A DNA stretch of 64,000 nucleotides from Octopus vulgaris. Its lineage: Eukaryota. Under the pieces are notes generated by a model that saw only the letters and a program-made list of their open reading frames with translations, was not told where the DNA came from and did not search any database. The position numbers and the translations under genes are program-made. Position 1 is the stretch's first letter. The number at the start of each line of letters is the position of its first letter. Of the stretch, positions 11,401 through 23,721 are shown one piece after another. The DNA is taken from the NCBI GenBank assembly GCA_951406725.2, contig OX597819.1:108686001-108750000 (forward strand), written 5' to 3'.

Positions 11401-14400
11401 TGTGGAAAAGCTAAACTGCAAGAGAATCTGAAAGCCATATTTACGAGCTACCAAACTAACTGATTGCATTATCAGCTGATCTCTACCTTAGTAACTGATC
11501 TGTTATTTTGTCACTGTTGTTATTTAACTCCAAGTCAGCTATAATCCTACAAACATATTTTCAACTCAGGATCATATTATTTAATGTATCTTTCATGACA
11601 ATGCATAGTGTGATTTCAGAAACATTTGGCTTTTATTTCTAATAGGTTGAGTAAACGCGGACAAATTTCTTTGCTGGCTGCTTTTTTATTTTATTCTCTA
11701 TGTTTTTTTTTTGTGTCTGTCATCACCCTCAGACTTCATCAAAATCAAGTCGAAGCCATGTTACCATTGAGTATGAAAATGCCCAGGAAACTGACAAAGA
11801 AATTGTTGATGGTTGTGGGGAGTGCAGTGATTCTAAAGGATGTGATATCGACGAGCAGGAACTCAGCTATACAGAGTGTGACAGATGTTTTTGCCAGTGT
11901 GACGGAAGCAATGGAAATGCATCTAAAAAAATGAGGTAAATTGGTGTTTCCTATATTTTGACATACTTCATTGTTGTTTAGACCTAGGTTGGCCTCAATC
12001 ATATGTCCAGGACTATGTTATCCAATTTCTTAATCAGCCAATCAATGTAATGTAGATTATGTTTGTTATTTATAGACAGATTAATTTTTTTAATCAGGGT
12101 GATTTCTTTAATCTATAAATTTCCAGTATTTCTTTCTGTGACCTTTATAATAACTACAATCTCCTTGTTGTGACATCTCTTCAATTTTTTTTTCTTTTGG
12201 ATGGAAGAGGCATTTGTATAGATGTGCTCCTTATTGTAGATGTGCAGTTTGTGAATGGTGCTACTAATACATCATCCACCACAGTTATTGCAAACTATGC
12301 AGTGTATCATGTCAGCCTAGGTGCAATAAAACTTAATGGTTAAGATATTTGTTTTGCAATCACAACGTTCCAAATTTGATGATAATAAAAAGAAATAATA
12401 ATGACTGTTTCAAATTTTGGCACAAGGCAAGTAATTTTAGGGGGAGTGGGGTTATTTGATTACATTGGTCCTAATGTTCAAATGGTACATCTTTTTTTTC
12501 TTGACCCTGGAAAGATCACAGGCAAATTTCACTTAGGCTGAATTTGAACTCAGAGCATTATGCGCCAGAAGGAATGCTGCTAAGGTTTTTGTCCATTGCA
12601 TTAAGGATTTCAAAGGTGCAGTTTAATTGATTACATTGACCTCAAAAGGATGAAAAGCAAAGTTGATCATGGCAGGATTTAGACTCAGAATGTAAAGAGT
12701 TGAAAGAAATGCCATTAAGCATTTTGTCAGATATCCTAACAAGTATGACAGTTTGTCTTTTTAATAATAAATGAATAAATGTGAATAAACAGACACTAAG
12801 CATTCTGAGGCCTCCATCTCTATCATACATAACTTTCTCTATAACATTGTTCATGTACAGCAATCCAATCTTTTCTCACCCTCTTTTTCTCTCTATACAT
12901 TATTTTAGGGTACCAAAGATTTTCTTTGGCACACGAACTCACAAGCAGATCAAACAGATTGTTGGAGAACTGAAGGAAACACAGTATAAAAATGTGAAGT
13001 ATGTGATCTTCAAAGAGTGGTATATGTTTGTAATCTGTTGGTAGTTGTTTAGTTTCAGATCAAATCTGATTAATGGGACCTAAATCAGAGGCATTCTAAC
13101 TATGACCATCCTATCTTTTTTATGGACTGTAGTACTACATTGTCTAAAGTATCCTTATCAAGATGGTAGGATTCTAATTTGAGTTACACGTGGCTGCTAT
13201 TTCAGTAGATTTGGTGACCTGGTAGATGTCCTCAAACAGAGATAAATCTAAATCTGCTCAGGATATGTTACTTGTCTCTCACAGCTCTGGTAATAAAGTA
13301 AATTGAAGCATGTGTAGAATTAAGTGCAATGCTCAGACACAAAAATGAAATACTCTTAATTGATTTGAACTTGAAACTAGTTCATATGTTTGTGTATGTC
13401 ATGAGGTGTGTGAATAACTCTGTGCGTGTGTGAATTACTTTGTGTGTTTTATAAAATGTGTGAACATCTGTGTTATTCAAACATTAACCAAATCCCCATT
13501 TCAGGATGTGTATCTTATCAAGCCGAGAAAACCTGTGTATTAACAAAGAAGTAAGATCGAAACCATCCATAAATGAGGCCTGTAAAGAATATCTTGAGGT
13601 AGGTAACCTTTAACCCCTTTTTCTTTAAGTGTGTCACAACACTTCTTCCTGTGAGATCACTTTTTGTTTAGGTTACCTTGATCCCTTTTTAATGTGGGTC
13701 ACATTTATTCCCTCTTTTTTCTGAAAGTAGGCTCATATGTTTTTTTCTCCTTGTATGGGTTATTTTTATCCCCTTAGTCTTGAAATGTGGCTCTTTTTCT
13801 TGAGGTGTTTTTTTCATCCCTTTTTCCTCAGATGCCTCGGTTTTTGTGTTTTTTTCTTTTGGGTGAGTTACTTCTCTTCCTTTTTGCTGAGATATAAGTC
13901 TTTTAATCCTTTTTCAAGTGTGTCTTAACACTATTTCTTGAGATTGAGCATTTTTTTGAAGTGAGACATTATTAAGGCAACAAGCTGGCAGAAATGATAG
14001 CATGATAGACAAATTGCTTAGTGGCATATTTTCTGTTTTTACATTCTGAGTTCAAATTCTGCCATGGAGCAGGGGGGGAGGGTGACTAGCCCCCTTCCCC
14101 AAAAATTGCTGGTCTTGTGCCAAAATTTGAAACCATTATTATCATCGTCGTCATCATCATTATTATTATTACTACTACTATGAAGATTGGTAAGCTGGCA
14201 GAATTGTTAGCATGCTAGACAAAATTTTTAGCAGCTTTTCTTCCAGTTTTATGTTTTGAGTTCATTCCACCAAGGCTGGCTTTCCTTTTCATCCTTTCAG
14301 GGTTGATAAAATAAATATTCTTATCTACTCTAGGCACAAGGCCTGAAATTTTTGGGGAGGGGGCCAGTCGATTAGATCAACCCCAGTATGCAACTGGTAC

Positions 14401-17400
14401 TTAATTTATCAACCCCAAAAGGATGAACAGCAAAGTCGACCTCAGAGGAATTTGAACTCAGAATGTAAAGACAGACAAAATACCGCTAAGCATTTCACCC
14501 ATTGTGCCAACGTTTCTGCCAGCTTGCCACTTTCCTTCTGATAAGATAAATATTTATTTCTTTATCGCCTACAGGGGGCTAAACATAGAGGGGACAAACA
14601 AGGATAGACAACGGGATTAAGTCAATTACATTGACCCCAGTGTGTAACTGGTACTTAATTTATCGAACCTGAAAGGATGAAAGGCAAAGTCGACCTCGGC
14701 GGAATTTGAACTCAGAACGTAACGGCAGACGAAATACTGCTAAGCATTTCGCCTGGCATGCTAATAATTCTGCCAGCTTGCTGCCCTTCTGATAAGATAA
14801 ATATTGGTTGAGCATGATAAGATAAATATTGGTTGAGCACTAGGGTTGGTCAGTGTAATTGACTAGTCCCCACCTAACAAAAAATCAGGCTTTGTACCTG
14901 TAGTAGAAAGAATTATTATTATCATTACTATTATTCAAGCAGTGAGCTGACAGAATCATTTGTACTTCAGACAAAAATGCTTAGCCTGCCAAAGCCATGT
15001 GAGTGGATTTGATCGATGGAAACTGAAAGAAGCCCGTACCTGCCATGGTGACTATCGCAGTATAGTTTGTTCTGATAGAACATCCACATTTAAGTGGGGA
15101 TAAATATTACCACTGTATATATGTGCATGCATGTATAAATATATGTATGTATGTATATATATTTATATATATATATATCATCATTATCGTTTAACGTCCG
15201 TGCTAGCTAGCACGGGTTGGATGGTAGTGTTTCTACAGTCTGATCTGGTAGTGTTTCTACAGCTGGATGCCCTTCCTAACGCCAACCACTCCATGAGTGT
15301 AGTGGGTGCTTTTTATGTGCCAGGGGAGGCTGGCAGTGGCCACGATCGGTTGGTGCTTTTTACGTGCCACCAGCACAGAAGCCAGTCAAGGCGGCGCTGG
15401 CATCGGCCACATTCAGATGGTGCTTTTTAGGTGCAACCGGCACAGGTATCACAACAACAATTTCCATTTCATATTTATTTTGATGTTGATGTACTTGACT
15501 CAGTAGGTCTCCTCATATATATATTTTTGTGTTAGTGTTTGTACCCTTGTCTTTACATCACATGATGGTTGTAAAGGAGCATCACCATCATTATAAGCAA
15601 TGTAGTTCTTTTTCAACCTGCTGTGTAAAACATGACAGGCCATGGGGAAACATTACCTTGCTTAGAAACAGGTGAGGATTGGAGACAGGAAGGGCATCAA
15701 ACCATAGAAGATCTGCCTCAACGAATTCTGTCTCACTCATGCAAGCATGGAAAAGTGGACATTAAATGATGATGATGACCATGCTACTTAACACATCATC
15801 ATCATCAATCGTCCGCTTGGGTTGGACGGTTCAACTGGGGTCTGGGAAGCCAGAAGGCTGCACCAGGCCCAGTCTGATCTGGCAGTGTTTCTATGGCTGG
15901 ATGCCCTTCCTAACGCCAACCACTCCGTGAGTGTAGTGGGTGCTTTTTACGTGCCACCCGCACAGGTGCCAGATGGGGCTGGCAAACGGCCACGGACGGA
16001 TGGTGCTTTTTACGTGCCACCGGCATGGGGGCCAGGCAAGGCTGGCAACGGCCACGATCGGATGGTGCTTTTTACGTGCCACCGGCACAGAGGCCAGTCG
16101 GGGCGGTGCTGGCAACGGACACGTTCGGGTGGTGCTTTTTACGTGCTACCGGCACGGGGGCCAGGCGAGGCTGGCAACGGCCACGATAATAATTAATTCA
16201 TTCATCTAGCTGTTACCAAAGTGCAATCTATGCAAACTGGATTTTACATTATATTATCAACTTTGGAATAATGAATATTAAAGATGATGTCAACGGAATC
16301 CAACTCAGATCATAAAGTGACATAATTAATCAATATGTTTTGTCTGAAGCTCTGTTGATTTTGCTGATTCTAATTTTGGCAAAAATATACAAATTCTGGA
16401 GGGGTAAAAGCAAAGTTTACCAGGAGAAGATTTTGAACTGATGTTGCCTGTTATGCTTATTATTTTGTCTAATGCTAACCCATTGAATCATCTGATGAAC
16501 TTCTTTATTATTTTTCTCTTTATTTTCTTTCTTTCCCTTATCCAGCACCAGAAATGTCATTACATTAACGGTGCTATGAGATTCTCTACACAAAATGATA
16601 TAAGAAGGTTTGGTTTGGAAACTGCTTGGGACATTGAAGACCTGGTGAAAATATGTCAGAGTAAGAAGGTAAGCAAACTGATATTTCATATTCTACTTTT
16701 TTTTTGTACATCATCGTCAGTGTTATCATTCTCCTCATTGAATATCTGGCTTCCATATCCGCATGGGGTGGATGGTCCAACAAAAGCTAACAAGTCAGAG
16801 GATTGTGTCTTGCTCCAGTCCTTTATCATATCTTTTATTTGTTTCGTGAATGTACGTGGCTCAGTGGTTAGAACGTTGGGCTCACAATTATGAGGTTATG
16901 AGTTTGATTTCCAGACTGGGCTGTGTGTTGTGTTCTTGAGCAAGACACTTTATTTCACCTTGCTCCAGTTCACTCAGCTGTAGAAATGAGTTGCAACGTC
17001 ACTGGTGCCAAACTGTATCAGCCTTTGCCTATCACTTAGATAACATCGGTGACGTAGAGAAGGGTGGCTGGTATACATGGGTGACTGCTAGTCTTTCATG
17101 AACAACCTTGCCCAGACTTGTGCCTTGGAGGGTAACTTTCTAGGTGCAATCCCCAGGTCATTCATGACTGAAGGGAGTCTTTACCCTCTACTAGTTTCAG
17201 TCATTAGACTGTGGTCATGCTGGGGCATTACTTTGATAGATTTCATTAAACAAATCAGCCTCATTACTTTTTTTTTAAGTTTGGTACTTATTCTGTTGGG
17301 GTTTTTATTATTTTTTATTTCATGTTTTTGTATTTTCTCTTTTATTTTTAATAATGACCCTTTTTTTTTCTTTCCTACCATTCTAGATGAAGGCTTGTCC

Positions 17401-20400
17401 CTATTTTCTCACTCGGTCTCTTATGAAAGACTCAGATATCATATTTTGCCCATACAACTATTTACTGGACCCAACAATACGCAAAATAGTAAGTTGAAAG
17501 AATACTATCCTTTTAATTTCTCATTAAAAAGGCAGCAGATGATCGAGTCAGCAGAGTGACAGATGAAATGTGTTGTGGCAGTGTTTATCTAGTTACATCT
17601 CTATCTATTCCAAGTTCAGTTCCCATATTGTTGGCTTTACCTGTCATTCTTCTTCTTGCAGTGGTGGCAATAAAATAAATGTGTGCCAGTGTTGCTGAGT
17701 GGTTAAGAGTTCATGATCAGCAGTAATTTATGGCTAACCAAGGATATCTGATGATTTAGGATAAACATTGCTTTAAATTAATTCAATTTAATTTTCATTA
17801 ACTATGTATATAATTAATGCAGATAATGCCATAACTAGTAGCGTGTAAACATTGGGGCAAAAAATCCCTTTGGATAAAGAAAAAGAGTCCCATGGGACTT
17901 GAATCCACTTCTGTAAACATGACAGATGTTCTACCACTGGTAGACTTCAACTTTTTCTAATCTTAAGGGTTTTTTAAACTCAATATTTGTACACTATAAG
18001 GTGGCGATCTGGCAGAATTGTTAGCATGCCGGGTGAAATGCTTGGCAGCATTTCATCTGCCTTCACCTACTGAGGTCAAATTTATCTTTCATCCTTTTGG
18101 GGTTGATAAAATAAGTACCTGTTGATTACTGGTTGTCAATGTGGTCGACTTACCCACAATCTCACAAAATTGCTGGTCTTGTGCAAAAAATCGAAACCAA
18201 TATTTATACACTATTATTTATAGTTTTATCTACTTCAGGTTCCATTGATAAAAACAAATATATATATATATAAATGTATGTATGTATGTATATAATAGCA
18301 AAGGCAGCTATATGCAATATAAAACCAAAAAGGAAGAATTCAATTCACTAATTGTGACTGACTGTACAGGTTAGCACCTACATTGCTAGAAATCCTCATC
18401 ATTTAGCATCTGCTTTTCATGCTAGTAAGGGTTAAACGGTTTGACTGGAACAAGTAACAGGTAAGCTGAAGGGCTGCACCATGTTCCAGTCTAATTTGGC
18501 ATGGTTTCTACAGTTAGATGCCCTTTCTAATGCCAACCACTCCAAGAGTGTAATGGGTACTTTTTACTTGTCACTGGCACAGGTGCCATTTACATGACAC
18601 CAGCAACAGCCACAACTATGATTTCACTTGGCTTAATGAGTCTTCTCAAGCACAGTATATTGCCAAAGGTCTCGGTCACTTGTCATCGCCTTGTGATGCC
18701 CAACATTTGAAAATCATGCTACCAGCAACAGTCACAATTACAATTCCGTGGGTGCCATTTAGATGACACTGGTAATGGCCATGACTATTATTTCACTTAG
18801 CTTGCCGAGTCTTCTCAAGCACAGCATATCGCCAAAGGTTTCGGTCACTTGCCATCACCTCTGTTAGGCCCAACATTAGAAGATCATGCTTCACCACCTC
18901 GTCCATGGCTTCCTGGGTCTACCTCTTCCACAGGTTCCCTCTATAGTTAGAGCTTGGCACTTCTTTACACAGTTGTCCTCAACCATACCAGCACATTCAT
19001 CTCTGTTGCACACTACATCTGATGCCTCTTATATCCAGTTTTTCTCTCAAGACATTTATGCTCTGTCGTACATGCGCACTGTCATACATGCACTCCAGCG
19101 AAGCATACTAGCTTCATTTCTTCACATGTCCTCTGCAATCACAGCCCACATTTCGCTGCCATGGGACACAGCTGTTCACACACAGGCATTGTACAGAGTA
19201 ATATATATATATGTTCTATCTACATAGTATTAGCTCATATACTATGTATTTTTGTATAGTATATCTTTTTGTTTATCTACAGATGGAAATTAATTTGAAG
19301 GGCAACATTGTGATACTTGATGAAGGACACAACATTGAAGACTCTTGTCGTGAAGCAATCAGCTACACAGTAACCACATCCTTGTTAACAATACTAATTA
19401 AAGAGTTAACTGACTTAGGTACGTAATTTAATAAGCCAACTTGTATATTGTCCTCTTAATTATCATGCTCCTCCTGCTTTTTAAAAAAAATATTTAGTTA
19501 GCGGTAGGTCATATCCTTTGAAATTTTTTTATTCCTTTCTGTGTTTGATTATGTTCTTGTAACACCCTCCCCTCACAGAATACATATGTTATCCTCATCC
19601 TCATCATCATCATTACTAACACTGTTGTAATCAGTCTGAAAATCATCCTTGTTACCACCACATCTACAACCAGTGTCAATATCATCACCACTACACTCAA
19701 CACCATCACCACCATTGTCATCATCATCATCATCATCATCATCTTTAACAGAAATGCAATTGTTGCTGCTGTTTTTTGTTGTTTTTTTTTTTGTTTTTTT
19801 GCTTAGGCCTAGGCCAGTGCTGATCAAAGGCATTCTAGCTATGACCATCATGTTTATTGGGGGTTCTTTGGACTACATTATTCAGTTTCTCATACCTCAT
19901 TTTATGGTGGTAGTTTGTAATTTGAGAAGATTTGGCTGTTGTAGACCTGGGAACAATAGCAGCTAAGAGGTGGTTCCACATGCCTCAAACTCTGGAACTC
20001 TGAACCAGGGCCTCTCCAGGTGCGATGTAAAGTCATACTCATGATATGCCTGTTATATCAAGCAGTTAAATGACCATACAAAAATTCCATTGTGTGCTCA
20101 CATGCTTTGTGATAACAAGAGTGTTTGCTGTGTGAGAATCAGCTGTTACATTGAGCAGGTCAAGAAACTATGTAGAAGCTATTTCACTAACTCACTTTTG
20201 TAGGCAGCAATTGAGCTAACTGATAATTAATGAACAGAGAAAGCAGTGAGCTGGCAGATTCGTTAGCATATCGGGCAAAATGTTAAGTGGCATTTCATCC
20301 ATCATTACATCCTGAGTTCAAATTTCACTGAGGTCGACTTTGCCTTTTATCCTTTTGGGGTCAGTAACATAAGCACCAGTTGAGCACTGGGATTGATGTA

Positions 20401-23400
20401 ATCGACTGACCCACTCCACTGAAATCACTGTGCCAAAGTTTGAAACCAGTAATTGATAAACAGGGAAGAAATGTACAAAAGTCTGCATAAACAAAAGAAC
20501 AGGTATTAAATCTTCAAAGAAGAGCTCTACCTTGAAAAGTTAGAATTTACCTGTTCTTATTATGTGCAAATTCGTAAGTTATGAGTAGGATTTTTTTTTT
20601 TATATCTCTTAATCAAATGGGAATGTGGTGCCCATGACCCATTATAAGGGCCTCCAAGAATGGAGGGAGGAAGCAATCCTCTGACTGAAACCTGACCAAA
20701 TGCTTGTAACAGAGGTACCAAGGTCATAAGGTGGTAGTGAGGTGATAGACGAGGTGATGGGTTCAAGTACAAATCTACTGATATTGTAAACACACTTAAA
20801 AGTCTAGCATCCTGGAAAAAGAGATATTTCTTAACTGTTTATAATCTTAGACTAGTTGGATGACAGCCAATTTGCAACTAAACAGCAGAAACATCATTAT
20901 CTTGTAACTACTTTTGAGGAATGAAATTATATAATTTTTTTCTAAATTCAAAAAAAAAAACTCAAAAAGCAATATTAATAATGTTTTTATTTTTTTATTC
21001 TTTTCCTGATGTGACCTGATCAGTTCGGAGCAAAGTAAATACAAATGATTTCCAGTATTTGTTAGATTTGGTGAGTTCAATTTTTATCATCATCATCATC
21101 ATCAACAACAATATTTTATTACTGTTATTATTTTATATATGCACAACAGATTAAACTGTTGGAAAACAAAAATTACTAACATCGGGTTAGAACAAGTAAC
21201 CTTAAGTGTCAAGAACCCTCCTAAGTGTTCTAGCTGTCCCTAATAACACTGTTTTCTGGAGCTGTACTAAACTAGGTTTTATGTCTATTTCCTCTATCCA
21301 TCTGTTCAAATCTTCAGGAATAGTTCCTAATGCCCCTATAACTACAGGGATGTATTTTACTCGCACTTTACATTGTCTCTGTAACTCAATGGCTAGGTCC
21401 TGGTACTTTGCTATTTTCTCTATACCTGTCATATTAACTTTCTCAATATTTGCAACTGTAAAGTCAAATATCTGGTACTTTCTATTCTCTTTGTCTACTA
21501 CTACTAAATCAAGCCATCTAACTTCTATTTCTCTCTCCATCTGAATGTTTAGGTCCCACAATGTCTTATATTTCTTACTTTATAGTACTTTACTAAGTTC
21601 ATGTTCATACCTCTTAGTGGATTACTCTCCCTAGGTTGCCATGTCTTTTCTTGTATTCTTTCTGTACCAGCATGCTACATTCACTTACTATATTAGTAAC
21701 ACTTTCCTCTTTTGATTTACATAACCTACATTGGGAATCTACCTGGCTTTTGTCTATCTTGGCTGTTATCCAATTAGTTCTTGACTTTGTGTTGCTGGTA
21801 ACAAACTTTCTTCTCCCTTTCAACCTTCCTTTCTACAGCCATAACCATGTCTTACAACTACTATTTCCTGCAACTATCTTTGGGAATCTACCATGCAAAG
21901 CCTGCTCTTACCAGTCAAATAATTTTTCTTCTTGTTTGACTTTTTGGCTTCCCTATGTCCTACTGTGATTCTAGCAGCTCTTAATAAACTTTCTTCATTA
22001 TTACCTACATAGAAAGCTATAACTACTCCAGCTAACTCCACACAGTCTTCTAATGATATTAATCCTCTTCCATCTGCCTTTCTAGTTAAGTATAATCTTG
22101 TTACTCCTGCTCTTGTTTGAAGTCCTCAATTCGTATTGAATTCCTTACTAGTTCTTCTGTCTAGATTTGCTAATTCAGATTTTGTCCAATCTACAAGGTC
22201 GATTTTGCCTTTCATTTTTTTGGAGTTGCTAAATTAAGTACCAGTGAAACGCATGGGTTGATGCAATCGACTAGTCCCCTCCCCTTCAAATTTCAGGCCT
22301 TGTGCCTTGAGTAGAAAGGATTGTTATTAAGGTGGCAATCTGGTAATCATTAACATGTTGCTTAGTGGCATTTCATCCGTCTTTACATTCTGAGTTCAAA
22401 TTCTGCTGGTATCAACTTTGCCTTTCATCCTTTCAGGGTTGATAAAATAAGTACCAGTCGAGCACAGGGGTCGATGTAAATGACTAGTCCCCTCCCCCAA
22501 AACTTCAGGCCTTGTAGAAAGGATTATTATTAATAGTAATATTATAATCCTTTCTGCTAAAGGCACAAGGCCCTGAAATTTTGAGGGATGGAGAAAGTCC
22601 CTGCCTCATACACATGCTCTGAGATACTCTTCCATTACTTCTCTGTCTTTCTCACACAACACACTCATTCACATCTGACTTCTCTTTCTCTCCCTTTTCA
22701 TTCACTCACTCACTCATTCATGCTCACATCCTCTATCTCTCTCATACTTTGCAGGTGCATAGTTTACATTCCTTCATCCACAAACGTTCAGCTGATCTCC
22801 AACAGACTGATTTCAACCAAGCCAGTAAAATTTGGTCAGGCTTTGAGGCTGTGGCTGAGCTGGTTCACTTGAAGATTGGACCAAAAGATATAAGCAACTT
22901 ATCAGTAAGTGATAACGGTTGTTATAATTAAACATTCTCTTTTATGGACTTCATGGATCTCTGTCCATATATAACTTTAAAAATATATAAACATATATTT
23001 GGTGCAGAAGTGGCTGTGTGGCAAGTAGCTTGCTAACCAACCACATGGTTCCGGGTTTAGTCCCTCTGCGTGGCATCTTGGGCAAGTGTCTTCTGCTATA
23101 GCCTCGGGCTGACCAATGCCTTGTGAGTGGATTTGGTAGACGGAAACTGAAAGAAGCCTGTCGTATATATGTATATATATATGTGTGTGTCTGTGTTTGT
23201 CCCCCTAGCATTGCTTGACAACCGATGCTGGTTTGTTTATGTCCCTGTCACTTAGCGGTTCGGCAAAAGAGACTGATAGAATAAGTACTGGGCTTACAGA
23301 GAATAAGTCCTGGGGTTGATTTGCTCAACTAAAGGCGGTGCTCCAGCATGGCCGCAGTCAAATGACTGAAGCAAGTAAAAGAGTAAAAAGAGAGAAAAGA

Positions 23401-23688
23401 GTAAAGAGTATATATAGGCATAGCTTTGTGGTAAATAGTTTCCTTCCCAACAACATTGTAATGATGGTGGATTAGCAGACTCTTTAGAATGTTGAACAAA
23501 ATGCCTTGTATTTATTCTGGCAGTTTACATTCTAAGTTCAAATCCCACTAGTCAATTTTGTCTTTCTTCCTTTTGGGAATCAATAAAATAAAATATCAGT
23601 CAAATACGAGGGCCAATGGTATTGATTCATCATTCCCCTAATTTCAGGCTTTGTGCCTATATTAGAAACATAATTATTATTATTGTTG

Positions 23689-23721
<33 letters not shown>

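Noticed and set aside
15940-16186. Regularly spaced repeats resembling a CRISPR array (also 63004-63260)
   Set aside because: The intervening sequences are homologous to each other, there are no cas genes, and the context is a eukaryotic retroelement.
20495-20558. Small hairpin enclosing a hammerhead-like CAAAGAAGAGCTCTACCTTGAAAAGTTAG
   Set aside because: The catalytic CUGANGA is absent; cannot be supported as a ribozyme.
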